Assembly (NCBI RefSeq): GCF_009914755.1
Contig: NC_060937.1
DNA length: 64,000 nucleotides
Strand: one strand, 5' to 3'
Source of the DNA: the human T2T-CHM13v2.0 reference genome, Homo sapiens
This document shows, piece by piece, positions 16,581 to 28,720 of this stretch. Each line of letters opens with the position of its first letter. The stretch's first letter is position 1. The translations under genes were made by a program, and so were the position numbers. The notes under the pieces were generated by a model. It was given only the letters and a program-made list of their open reading frames with translations. It searched no databases and had not been told where the DNA came from.

Positions 16581-18320
16581 TTTATATCCTTTATTGCTAC
16601 ACATTGTTTAGGGCTATCTTCTGGATATGTGTATATCATACCAAAAAGTATTAGTGACCATCACTTTGTATCTAGAAAAGACATTTTCAGAAATTAAAAA
16701 AATTAGTCTATGAATTAAATGTAATATTAAAGAAAATAATTTTCTTAGCAACCTGGGTTCTGAAATATCCCTATTCACTTCATTTTCTACATGGAAAACA
16801 ATATATGATAGTTAAGTTCTCACTGGATTTTTATTCTGATCCTCTATTTTGGTCTTTTGGGAGTATAGTGAAAAACTGACACAAACATGCATTCTCTAGC
16901 TAAATGTTGCCACCTGAAGAGCTAGGGAATTAAAAAAAATAGAGCTTTATTTGCTTCATTTTTTTCTTAAATGCTTGAAATGTAATGTTTAAAAACATCC
17001 TAACCATGGTATTGTGGCATCGATGCTTGTTCATTTTATACTCTGGTTAATGTGAAACTTTCAATTGAATTGGAATGGTTTTCAAAAATGTTCCAAAAGA
17101 GTGAAGTCTTTCTCCAGCTACATAATATGTAAATTCAACTTTAAGTGTAGACTGTAATACTCACACATAAATATCTGAAATCTTCCAACTGTTTGTGGTG
17201 TTTTACCAATTTGTTTCAAACAGTGCTAGGGATATTAAGCAACACAACACCCTCTGACAACAAAGGTGCTATTAAGGGCTGTTGCATCAATAATGGGTGG
17301 ATGTAAACTCCCTAAATAATCATAGATTGGATATTGTGTAGCAGTTTCAAAAGCACAATTATAGCCCATTGTGTCAGTAATGTGTGCATTTAGGCCTCTT
17401 AATAGTACATGTTGGCAAACTGACTGTGAGATAGTGGAACTAGTTACCAAAGGGTAGATTCTCATTTCCTTGATATATTTTAGAAACGGAAATAGCTATC
17501 TGTTTGAAATTATTTAGGTTCATTCTTACTGGAGTCAGGGGGTTGGAAAACCTTGCCTCCAGTGGGCTCTTCTGGCACTGTCATTAGGAAAAAAATTACT
17601 AAAGTGTTACTCAAGTTTTTCTCAACCTTACTTCAGAGATGCAAAGCTTAATTTAGAATACACACGTGTCACATTTGTCTCAATTCAACTCCAATCCTGA
17701 AATATGAAAAATCTATGCATAGATCTCCTCAACTTACTATGGCCATCTCCTATTTACAAGCCCATCGTTTCTAACAGAAAAAAAAATTAAAAAATAAAGA
17801 TTAAACGTCTCCTGCTTAGCATCTGCAATCCATTCCTGATCCCATCCTGAAAAACCAAACAATCTGCCTTAAAATGCTAACCTGATGCCTATTTCCCAGC
17901 TTTTTTTAACTGGAAAATTTATATTACTATATATAAAACCAAAACTCCCAACTAATTTCCTAAAATGTAACTAAAATACAGTAAAATATTCATATGTATG
18001 AAACAAACTATCATGTTAATATGTTAAATGCTTAAGGCATCATTTCCTGATCACCAATCTATTTTTAACAGTTTCTCTGTGAATTGGCATGTACATTTTT
18101 CATGCCATTACACCAATAGTACATTTTTGATAAAGCATAGCAACAACACACAGCAATAAATTCAATAAAACAAATAAAAATTTATAGTTAAAGTAAGGCA
18201 ATTTCCAAAAACAAACTCTTTCTTATTTCCCCAATACAGTAAAAAGTGAAGCCTGAAGAAGGTTGACAAAAGGAAAGGAAAGAGCATTTATTTCTTATTG
18301 CAAATGGTAATGCATCAGTG

Positions 18321-18891
18321 TGTGTCTGGAATTGGTGGGTTCTTGGTCTCGCTGACTTCAAGAATGAAGCCGCAGACCCTCATGGTGAGTGTCACAACTC
18401 TTAAACATGGTGTGTCCACAGTTTGTTCCTTCTGATGTTTGGACGTGTCCAGAGTTTCTTCTTTCTGGTGGGTTTGTGGTCTCACTGACTTCAGGAGTGA
18501 AGCTGCAGACCTTCGCAATGAGTGTTACATCTCATAAAGGCGGTGTGGACCCAAAGAGTAAGCAGCAGCAAGATTTACTGCAAAGAGAAAGAACAAAGCT
18601 TCTACAGCATGGAAGCAGCCCAAGTGGGTGGCCGCTGAGGGCACAGGTGGCCTGCTTTTATTTTCTTATTTGGCCCCACCCATATCCTGCTGATTGGTCC
18701 ATTTTACAGAGAGCTAATTGGTCCATTTTACAGAGTGCTGATTGGTCCGTTTTACAGAGTGCTGATTGGTGCATTTACAAACCTTTAGCTAGACACAGAG
18801 TGCTGATTGGTGCGTTTACAATCCTTTAGCTAGACAGAAAAGTTCTCCAAGTCCCCACCTAACCCAGAAGCCCAGCAGGCTTCACCTCTCA
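18321..18891 (-). mobile_element. Short LTR12 (LTR12F-like, HERV9) solo LTR
   Basis: Reverse complement begins TGAGAGGTGAAGCC and ends CCAGACACA; tandem gctgattgg (CCAAT) repeats; TSD agtg/agag. Confidence 0.9.
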
Positions 18892-19139
18892 AGAGGAGCT
18901 AGGTAATGGGGGAACAATCTCAGGACAACTTTGAGATTCAGAAGAACAGACAGATTCCTGCATCATTTTAGTGCTGCTCTAGACACTCTTTAACAGGAAG
19001 GAAGAATACAAATTTATGGTTGGTGATTGATGCTGTAAGTTAAAAAAAAGTTATAAAACTGATTTTTGCTTAATTTCGTCTATTTTTAATATGGTGTGTT
19101 AGCAGCATCTAGTCAATTTCAGTTTTTAATTGAAAGAGT

Positions 19140-19510
19140 AGCTGGGTGCAGTGACTCAGTCTGTAATCCCAGCACTTCGAGAGACCAATGCAGGAGGATC
19201 ACTTGAGGCCAAGAGTTCGAGACTAGTCTGGGAAACATAGTGAGACCCTGTCTGTACAAAAAAAAAAGCCAGGTGTAGTGTCACACAATTGTAGCCCCAG
19301 CTACTCAAGAGGCTGAAGCAGGAGGATCACTTGTGCCCAGAAGTTTGAGGCTGCAGTGAGCTTGAGCTATAATCTTTATTTTTATCCTTACACCAGTTTT
19401 TCTTCTGATAAAATACAAATAAAACTTTCCACTGTACTACAGCCTGGATGACAAAGAGAGAGATCCTTTCTCAAAAAATATCTATTTAATTAAATAAAAT
19501 AAAAATAAAT
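19140..19510 (+). mobile_element. AluJ carrying a 58-bp non-Alu insertion
   Basis: ggaggatcacttgaggccaagagttcgagac (AluJ type); right arm interrupted at 19372-19429. Confidence 0.9.
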
Positions 19511-20570
19511 GAAAGAAAAATGTTCATAACTGCATCGGCACATCCTTGTTTTTGACATTTACCCTACTTTTCTAAGCATCTAAGCATAATTGTGATACTT
19601 TACCAATTTTTGGATAGCAAGTTTTCCCACACCTGGTATATTATGTTTTGAACACTTAAATAAAAATCATCCATATGTTAACACTGGCAAAATTCAACCA
19701 AAAAAGAAGGGATCAGATATTCTATGAACTTTAGGTTTTAAAGACGAAGAGGAGGTTAAGTGAGAGCACATTAATGGAGAGACAGTTTGCGGGGCATGTC
19801 TATATTGCAAAGAGAATGAATCTCACCTCTCACACGACTTTCTTTAAAATTCCAAAGGTTTCCCGCATAACAAATTCTTGGGTAAAATATGTTTTCATTT
19901 GTAGCTGGCCCTTCTCCATCAACTAGCATCAAATTTCCCTAACTGATATGCTATAGTGTGTTCACTCTTCTCACAAGACCAATTGCTCATCGCCAATTCT
20001 TACAAGACCAATGATTTTCTGCACATCTCCTCCTAGACAGTGGATGGTCTCCACAATCCTGCACAAACTATTTCCCCGAGTATCTTAAATTTTAGCAATA
20101 AATTACTAGAGTTCATAGTCAGTGCAAAGTCATACTGCTGTTAATACATTTTCCTTTTCTAATTTAGCTATAACTTTTAAACTTCTGACTTATCTACTTT
20201 AGGTGTATATTAGTAATTATGTAAGTCTGTGTTTTAGAAATATTCTTTAAAACATTTGAAAGTTTTATTTGTATTTTATCAGAACAAAAACTGAGGTAAG
20301 GATAAAAATAAAGATAATATTTTAGAAGAACCACTATAAAACAAAAAGGATCTTTTAAAAAATTAACTTTCTTTGTTTTTATATAAACCACAAAGAGAAA
20401 AAATCAGCTAAAAGCCCTGATAACCAAAATACTAATAGAACATTTAGCAGTTTTGAACTAGGTGCTTAAGAAAACTTCTCCATTTCCACCAGAATTCCTA
20501 TTTCTGTATTTGTACATGTAAAATATTTATTGGATTGTCCACATTTATTTATAGACATATGAGTTATAAA

Positions 20571-21010
20571 TGACACCGACTTAATAGTTCCATAGTTTTT
20601 GAATAAACATAGAAATTGACCCTTCTGATCTTAAAGCTTGAAACTTTTATTTCTTTTCTCTGAGTTCCTTCATCAGGAAACAACCTCAGGCCTTTCAAAA
20701 AAGTTTCAAAAAAATGAAACTCATCAGATCACCATATCCAAACAATGAGATGCTGGACCCCACATTCATCATGATTGCTTCTTTGCCCCTCCCTAATTCC
20801 TGTTTTCTTACACATTGTTACATTTCTTTCCTGCTGTATAAACCCCAGTCAGTCAAGAAGATGGATTTGAGACTGAATTCCCATGTCCTTAGCTGCAGCA
20901 CCCTATTAAAGCCTTCTTCCTTGGCAATAACTCTTGTCTCAATGATTGGCTTTCTGTGCAGTGAGCAGCAGCAGCAGGACCTAGACTGAACCCCTGGCAT
21001 TTTGGTAACA
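20571..21010 (+). mobile_element. ERV1 solo LTR, MER66-like
   Basis: TG...ataaacatagaaattgacccttctg...ggacctagactgaacccctggcattttggtaaCA; TATA-like tataaa and attaaa signal. Subfamily name from memory. Confidence 0.7.
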
Positions 21011-21054
21011 CACACACACAGACGCACACAGACACACACACACACACACACACA
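21009..21054. repeat. Imperfect (CA)n starting at the LTR terminal CA
   Basis: Seen directly. Confidence 0.9.
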
Positions 21055-21336
21055 TTCACACCTTTAAAATAAAAATGTATTGCTCCAGAAGCAATGTTAT
21101 TTCCTAAATGTTAGATTATACCTAATTTTTCTGAATGAGTTATTTTGGAAGAGATTCATGTCTTCTTATATAATAGAAGACAAATTGCTGAATAATAGTC
21201 TTATCGAGATAAATATTTTATAAAATTAAAAATTATAATGAGAGCTTTAAGAATTAAAATCTTCACTATATTTTAAATTTTGCTAATGTGCATAGATCAG
21301 TTTACGAGCAGACCAACTAGGGCTGAACATGTAAGG

Positions 21337-21648
21337 TTTTTTTTGTTTGTTTGTTTGTTTGTTTTTTGAGAGGGAGTCTCACTCTGTCATCCAGGCTGGA
21401 GTGCAGTGGTGCGATCTTGGCTCATTACAACCTCCGCCACCCGGGTTCAAGCAATTGTCCTGCCTCAGCCTCCTGAGTAGCTAGGACTACAGGTGCCCGC
21501 CACCACACCTGGCTAATTTTTTGTATTTTTAGTAGAGTTGGGGTTTCACCATGTTTGCCAGGATGGTCTCGATCTCCTGACCTTGTGATCCTCCCGCCTC
21601 CACTTCCCAAAGTGCTGGGATTACAGGAATGAGCCACTGTGCTCAGCC
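21337..21648 (-). mobile_element. AluSc/Sg-like
   Basis: (TTTG)n tail, ggtctcgatctcctgaccttgtgatc, ends cagcc. Confidence 0.95.
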
Positions 21649-21939
21649 ATAAGTTTTTAATAATTCTCCCTGTTGAGAGTGGGCAGATTACACCCCTGAT
21701 AAGAAGTAATGCCAGAGATGACCGTTACAAAAAAAATCTTTAATAAATTACCTAACATCGAACTAGCCATAACCAATGACTAACTAGAGACAATAGTACA
21801 GCAAGGGGGCATCTTCAAACTAATAGAAAACATGAAGTCTCTACTCATGAGGAATGACATCACACAGAGCCAAACAAAGCACATATGAAGAAGCTGATGT
21901 GCATTTAGTAAGATATCCAAAGCAAGGCTGGATCAAATA

Positions 21940-23660
21940 CCATTCATTCGTTTAGCCAATATTGACTATCTATTCTACTTAGTCCACCATGTGGTTTTAG
22001 AAATACCAAAATAAAATAGGCAGTGTGCCCTAAATGCATCAGAATTTTTTACAATACTAAATACATAACAAACAAGTACAACACAACATAATAACTGCTA
22101 TAACAAAGATTATATGCAAGGTACAGAAAAGAAGCTTATGGAAAAGAAAACTTGACCGAGGAAGTCCAGGAGAATTTTACTGAGGAGGGAGCATTAGAAT
22201 GATGTATTACAGGTTAGTGTCGTGCCTGGTGGTAAGTAGTGATGGAGAAGGCATTCTAAACAGAGGAAGTAATTTGTGTAAAGTCTTCAAAGAGTGAGGG
22301 AGTATAGCAACTGCAAGCAACTAAAGTAGTTTGCTTTTTTGAAACTGTAATGTAGAGAAGAAAAATAGCAGGATATGAGGCTGGACAGGGAGCAAAGCCA
22401 GATTACATGAAAGTAGTACTGTTAATGCCTGGGTGAGACAAACAAGCAAAGAAGCAGTGACCATATGCTGGGCTTCCATATAGGAATTCAAGGGAATCTG
22501 TGCTGGAAATCTAGTTGTGAGTACTTTTGATATGGAAGGGGGGCAGGGAAGTGCTAGGAGGAGAAGAGAGGGGTCCCTGGCGAGGGCTCAACCCCTGGGT
22601 CTGTGCCCATGGACCTAGGTGAGGACAGGCATTTCTGTTTTCATGCCCAAATGTAGCAAGACCACCTTGGCCTGCCACGCCCCCATCCTGTGCCTATAAA
22701 AACTCTGAGACCCTAGTGGGGAGAGCACACATGTAACTGGATGTCGAGAAGAGCACAACAATGGAAGCACATGCAAGTGGCTGGACGTCGAGAGGAACAC
22801 AATGGTGAAGAACACACCGATAGGCACCGGTAGACACCACTGGGCCATTGACCAGCAGAACGACGCAAAGTTTGGCTGGGATGGTTGGAGGAAAGCCCTG
22901 CTGCTGGGCCGCCCCACTCAGGGTAAAACTACCTTTCCTCTCCACCTGCTTCTGGCCTCCCCATCCAACTCACTGAGAGCTACCACCACTCAATAAAAAA
23001 CCTTGCACTCATTCTCCAAGCCCATGTGTGATCTGATTTTTCCAGTACACCAAGGCAAGAACGCTGGGATACAGAAAGCCCTCTGTCCTTGCCATCAGGC
23101 AGAGGGTCTAATTGAGCTGATTAACACAAGCCGCCTACAGACAATAAAACTAAAGAGTACTCTGTAACACACACCCACTGGGATTTCAGGAGCTGTAAGC
23201 ATTCACCGCTAGATGCTGCTGTGGGGTCAGAGCCTCACAACCTGCCCGCTGCATGCGCCCCTTAGAGGTTTGAGCAGTGGGGCACTGAAGAATCGAGCCA
23301 CTCCCCCCGTCACACACCCTACAAGGGAGACAAAGGAACTTTTCCATTTCCGCTTTCATCATATCAAGTGGCACTGGAATTCATGGGCAGACTAAATTAC
23401 AAGAGGCAAGTATACAGTTTCTTCTTGGATATCAGTATGAAAGCTAGAATGAGCACTCTGTGCAGATAGGAGGACAATCAAGAATGAACATTTCCCCAGA
23501 CATCCTGGGAGAGGTAAATTTCAAGCACTGAGTAATTAACTGTACTAAAGGCCAGAGAGGACAAATAAAATAAGGACTAAATATATGCATAGGGTTTGGC
23601 AACTAGCAGGTCATTGCTTGTCTTAATGAGAGAAATTCAATGGAGTGCCAATATTGCAGT
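21940..23660 (-). mobile_element. L2 fragment split by an LTR1-group LTR
   Basis: cattcattcg (reverse of L2 3' tail), then purine-rich L2 antisense pattern continuing on both sides of the LTR. Confidence 0.65.
22528..23352 (+). mobile_element. ERV1 solo LTR, LTR1/LTR28/MER52 group
   Basis: tgatatggaaggggggcagggaagtgct...ggaacttttccatttccg; 4-bp TSD CTTT; tataaaa and aataaa present. Confidence 0.8.
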
Positions 23661-23861
23661 AGACACTTAAAAACTCTCTAGCAAAGAGCAATTTAAAAGC
23701 CATGTTTCTCAATTTTTAGAACCATAGATTTGAGAAAGAAAAGGATTTTGTGAATGCTAAAAGCTTGATTGCACATATCAAAGTTTAAAATCCAAAGAAG
23801 TCATGAGTCGTATTGCAGAGAAAACCACGTAATAAAATTATAAGCTTTTCTGTGACCAAAA

Positions 23862-24047
23862 TGAGAAAAGAAAAATAGCTTAGGGAAGTCTGAGTTATGT
23901 GACATCTGCAAAATTTTTCAGGCCAGAGAGATATGAGTATGGGACTTCAGTCATGCCTCCCTACCCCCAAAGCCATTCTCAAGCTTTGGGCTCAAATAAA
24001 CTCTATACTTAGTCATATTTTCTGACTCTCATTGTTTTAGGTTGACA
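23862..24047 (+). mobile_element. Internally deleted MER4-group solo LTR (LTR36-like?)
   Basis: tgagaaaagaaaaatagc...ctcaaataaactct...tttaggttgaca; only 186 bp with both termini. Confidence 0.55.
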
Positions 24048-24752
24048 AAACCAAACGGAGATATGGAACAAAAATGGGAATGGGAGGTGGGTGCTTCACA
24101 AAAAAAAAGAATATGATAAAACAGAATCAATATTAAGAAATTAATGGATGGCCGAGTTTCAATAGAAATTTTGAATGAATTTAGGGGATTCCAGAGACAA
24201 AAAGTCTTTTGCCAGACTTCCCAGTTCAGTTATAGAGAAATAATTTTATTTTGGTATGCATTATTATATGTGTGTGAAAATTAAAAACAAACAAAAAAAT
24301 TTCATCCCAAAAGAAACTTCTTTGACATGTTTCAGAATGGCAATTCAGAGAGCCTGCAGACAAGAATAGTCCTGAAAAGCTGCCTTTTGTCAGAGGCTTG
24401 CATCTGTAGAGAAAATCTGCATTGGTGAAACAAACAGCCAGGCTTTCCCTGAGGTCCCCTCCCTTTTTGTTTAGATCTAGGAAAGATTAACTTAAAATCT
24501 GACCCCTTTGAAAGACTGACAGAGAAGCTTTATCACAGGTTACCATGTATGTCTTCTGAGACCTGCTATCTGTGAGGTTTTATCTGTATAACAAGACTGT
24601 CTTTGCTCCATGCCTTTCTCTCTTCCACTCATAACCTATCTTGCCATGCTGCAAGCCCCCTATTCTTTTTGTAACCTCAAGATGGTATAAAAGCATCAAT
24701 TATCTAGCCTTTTCTTTGGGTTATCATATTTTGTATGACTCCCATATAATGT

Positions 24753-26192
24753 TGAGAGGTGACAGCATGCTGGCAGTCCTCAGAGCCCTCGCTTGCTCTC
24801 GGCACCTCCCCTGCCTGGGCTCCCACTTTGGTGGCATTTAAGGAGCCCTTCAGTCCCCCACTGCACTGTGGGAGCCCCTTTCTGGGCTGGCCAAGGCCGG
24901 AGCCCACTCCCTCAGCTGGCAGGGAGGTGTGGAGGGAGAGACAGGAGCGGGAACCGGGGCTGCGTGCGGCGCTTGCGGGCCAGCTGGAGTTCCGGGTGGG
25001 CGTGGGCTTGTGGGCCCCGCACTCGGAGCAGCCAGCCAGCCCTGCTGGCCCCGGGCAATGGGGGACTTAGCACCCGGGCCAGTGGCTGCAGAGGGTGTAC
25101 TGGGTCCCCCAGCAGTGCTGGCCCACCGGCGCTGCGCTCGATTTCTCGCCGGGCCTTGGCTGCCTTCCCACGGGGCAGGGCTCAGGACCTGCAGCCCGCC
25201 ATGCCTGAGCCTCCCACCCCCTCCGTGGGCTCCTGTGCAGCCCGAGCCTCCCTGACGAGCGCCAGCCCCTGCTCCATGGCGCCCAGTCCCATCGACCACC
25301 CAAGGGCTGAGAAATGCGAGCGCACGGCGCAGGACTGGCAGGCAGCTCCACCTGCAGCCCCGGTGCGGGATCCACTAGGTGAAGCCAGCTGGGCTCCTGA
25401 GTCTGGTGGGGACGTGGAGAGTCTTTATATCTAGCTCAGGGATTGTAAATACACCAATCAGCACCCTGTGTTTAGCTCAAGGTTTGTGCCAATCGACACT
25501 CTGTATCTAGCTGCTCTGGTGAGGACGTGGAGAACCTTTATGTCTAGCTCAAGGATTGTAAATACACCAATCGGCACTCTGTATCTAGCTCAAGGTTTGT
25601 AAACACACCAATCAGCACCCTGTGTTTAGCTCAAGGTTTGTGAGTGCACCAATTGACACTCTGTATCTAGCTGCTCTGGTGGGGCCTTGGAGAACCTGTG
25701 TGTGGAAACTCTGTATCTAACTAATCTGATGGGGAAGTGGAGAACCTTTGTATCTAGCTCAGGGATTGTAAATGCACCAATCAGCGCCCTGAAAAAACAG
25801 GCCACTCGGCTCTACCAATCAGCAGGATGTGGGTGGGGCCAGATAAGAGAATAAAAGCAGGCTGCACGAGCCAGCATTGGCAACCTGCTCGGATCCCCTT
25901 CCACAGTGTGGAAGGTTTGTTCTTTTGCTCTTTGCAATAAATCTTGCTACTGCTCACTGTTTGGGTCCATGCTGCTTTTATGAGCTGTAACACTCACTGC
26001 GAAGGTCTGCAGCTTCACTCCTCAGCCAGCGAGACCACGAACCCACCAGAAGGAAGAAACTCCAAACACATCTGAACATCAGAAGGGACAGACTCCAGAT
26101 GCGCCGCCTTAAGAGCTGTAACACTCACCGCGAGGCTCCGCGGCTTCATTCTTGAAGTCAGTGAGACCAAGAACCCACCAATTCCGGACACA
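24753..26192 (+). mobile_element. LTR12C (HERV9) solo LTR nested in the proviral 5' LTR
   Basis: TGAGAGGTGACAGC...ATTCCGGACACA, 1440 bp, perfect TSD ATGT, CpG-rich U3, tandem CCAAT repeats. Confidence 0.95.
25440..25860 (+). promoter_or_regulatory. LTR12C enhancer/promoter: CCAAT repeats, GC box, GATA, AATAAAA TATA-like box
   Basis: Multiple caccaatc; ccaat 25815, gggtggggcc 25831, agataa 25841, aataaaa 25850. Activity is inferred from the family only. Confidence 0.65.
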
Positions 26193-26311
26193 ATGTGGGC
26201 ATGTTAATAAATTTTGTGTGTCTCTTCTCCTATTAATCTGCCTTTTGTCAGTTCATTTTCAGTGAACCTTCAGAGAATGATGGGCAGGTTTTCCCTTGGC
26301 CCCCACAGTTT

Positions 26312-26329
26312 TGGCACTGTGAGCAGGAT
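26312..26329 (+). other. Retroviral primer-binding site, tRNA-Ser(CGA) type
   Basis: TGGCACTGTGAGCAGGAT, 4 nt after the LTR end; 17/18 to the complement of the tRNA-Ser(CGA) 3' end as recalled (TGGCGCTGTGAGCAGGAT); the mismatch is a CpG transition. Confidence 0.8.
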
Positions 26330-27490
26330 ACCAAAACCACTCTGTTCTTCTGGAAGCCACAGCCCAGGGAACCTAGGATCTGAGAAGTTCACAAAAGGGT
26401 AAGAAATTCTTACTAGTCAGACTCCCAGTCTTTCTCTATAGAATCCAGTGGAGCAAATGATAAAAATCACTCTACTGTTTCCCTTTCAAACTTGAGACTG
26501 ATGGGAGTAAAGCATTTTATAGAGAGTAGTCTTAGGTGTACAAATTCTGGTGTATATTTTGTATGAATATTTACATTGTCTGATCCTTTTCCTCCCAGAA
26601 ATAGTCGTTATTTTCTGCCTTGTCTCTGTGTTACTGTGTTTTGTCATAAAGAGGGTTACCATAGACCCTGAAATAGAAATTGGGTAAGATTCCTTTCTCG
26701 TTTTATTTTATGTTGTTGAGAACTTGGCTTGTGACAAAATGGGAACATTCTCTCTTGGTCTCAGCCTTCTGTGGGGCATGATTTGGGTCACGTCCAGTGG
26801 CCAGTCTGAAAAGAGTAGGAACCCAAGACATGTAAGATATTGAACAGTACACTCTTTATCAAATCTGCCAAACTCTCTAGGGAGTTTGCCTTCATGAGGA
26901 GTCCTATCCATAAGGGGCTTTTGTGATCTCAATCCTTGTTGCCTGGTTAGTCTTGGGGAAGTCCAATCCCAGGAGAGCCTACCCAGTGCCACAGATTAAC
27001 AAGTCAGTGACTGGTGCCCCCCATCACAGATTTGTGGGATACTGGAGGCAGCATACACGCAAACGCCATCTTTAACCTTCTATAGCAACAAAAGTATTTT
27101 GCTATTCTAGCCTATTTCCAGGAGTGAATTTTTCTGGGGATCATGGGAGGATTCATCCTCTGCACCCATTTTAAAGACATTACTTACATCTATGGTAATC
27201 CAAACCTGAAAAGTTATCTCTGGAAGTTTTCATGACAAAGACCTATTGCTTTGAGTCACTTATAGAATAAATAAATTGGCTATATTTAAAAGAAAACTTT
27301 TTAGAGAGCTTTTATCTTAAACAGCTATCTTTTTGTACCTATGAAAAGATATAAAATGAATTTATAGACTTACAACCTTCTTTGGCAAGAATAAAAGAAA
27401 AAAGCAGAAATCAGATTTAAAACAAAAGTAAATTTTTTTTTGCATACACAAACTTCCTACTTTGGATCTTTTGCAGAATCTGCAAAAAGA

Positions 27491-27559
27491 CCTATAGTCT
27501 AGTGGCTTGGAATTTATGTCTGTACTACTGTGGCCTGGGTTAAATTCCTGACCAGGGTA
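27491..27559 (+). pseudogene. Decayed tRNA-Glu-like sequence in the ERV leader
   Basis: gtctagtggcttgga...gtggcctgggttaaattcctgaccaggg resembles tRNA-Glu GGTCTAGTGGTTAGGA...GCGGCCCGGGTTCGATTCCCGGTCAGGG. Confidence 0.6.
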
Positions 27560-28357
27560 AAAGTCCCTTGGAAACATTAATAAAAAAATAGTTTGATATT
27601 TGCATATCTGTACCCATTTATTTTGTAATCCTTTGTACCCCCATAGATAGCTTTTGACTTCCACTTGTCCTGACTATTTTTAAATTTCCTGTGTGTATGG
27701 AACACAGGTTGTCAGGTCTTTGCAGACATTCAACTGAGAAACTGAAACCCTAGAGAACATGCTGGACAGAAATGTAGGATGTGCTCCATTTGTGGCTGGT
27801 GAAATTTTCTTTCTTTGAACTGTTGTTTGGAGTTGTCTGAATCTTGGGAAGGTTGAAGCTTTTACTCCCTCTTTGGAGACCTTGGGATAGCCAAGAAGGG
27901 CTTTTTGGTTTTGTTCTCATGTGTACTTATTTCTTTTTGTTTGGACTTATGTGTTTAGGTATACCTTTGACTTAAAACTTTGGTTTGTATTTTGTGTGGA
28001 ATAACAACTTGTTTTCCATTGTTTTGTTTCCTATCCTTGATTGGAAAGACACACTTCCTGCCACTGCTGCGAACTGACTGGTGAGTGGATGAGGCGAACA
28101 TCTTCCCAGGTCATGAGGGGAAAGGCTGCTGGTAAGACACCATTCCCTAGGTTCCGGTGAAAGGCTGACTGCTCATGGGACAGAGCTTGCTGTGTGTATA
28201 TTTAAAATATTTTTAAGTGAGTTGTACGGTCAAAAGTTGGCTTAACTAAAAGCTGATATTTAGGTCATAATTTTTTAAGGGCCTTTCTGCTTTTTCTCTC
28301 TTGTATCCTGTTTCACCCCTGAAAAAATTTTCAGCTGACTAAAATATATATATATAT

Positions 28358-28720
28358 ATTAAGTTTGGTGGATAATTGTGTAGGACCTAAGGGAAAACTT
28401 ACCCTTTTTTCTCTAAAGATTCACTAAAAATCAATGGACAAGAGGCAGATCAATAGGAGTAAAGTCATACAAAATTGACTAACATGCATGTGTGTTCATG
28501 GCAGTCATACAAAATATGAAAACTCAAAGGGCCAAGTAACAGACACCTTTATATCATGTTGAGGTAACAAAAAGAATCGGGGCTTGGAGCTTGGTAAAAC
28601 AGGTTATGGGAGGGAGGGAAAGAGAAGGGCATGGGGCAAGAATAGCCTTGTTGTATAGATAAAACCTCACAGGTAGCAGCTTTCAGAAAGAATAGATGTT
28701 ATCTCTGATAAAGCTTCTCT
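28358..28720 (-). repeat. Inverted repeat arm 1: near-perfect inverted copy of 29608-29971
   Basis: Aligned by hand: 363 matches, one 1-bp indel, no substitutions; flanked by (TA)n and (CT)n(TA)n. Confidence 0.97.

Noticed and set aside
16255-16611. 118-aa S/L/P/F-rich ORF
   Set aside because: Translation of the CT-rich low-complexity tract
24704-25434. Overlapping 100-213 aa ORFs and a CpG-island-like region
   Set aside because: GC-rich U3 of LTR12C, stop-poor in all frames; not a host gene or host CpG island
25430-25790. Regularly spaced direct repeats resembling a CRISPR array
   Set aside because: Standard LTR12 U3 tandem enhancer repeats in eukaryotic DNA; spacers are not unique and there are no cas genes
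28358-28720. Independent antisense solo-LTR integration
   Set aside because: Starts mid-LTR, includes 21 bp of host flank, has no TSD and is nearly identical to the neighbouring LTR
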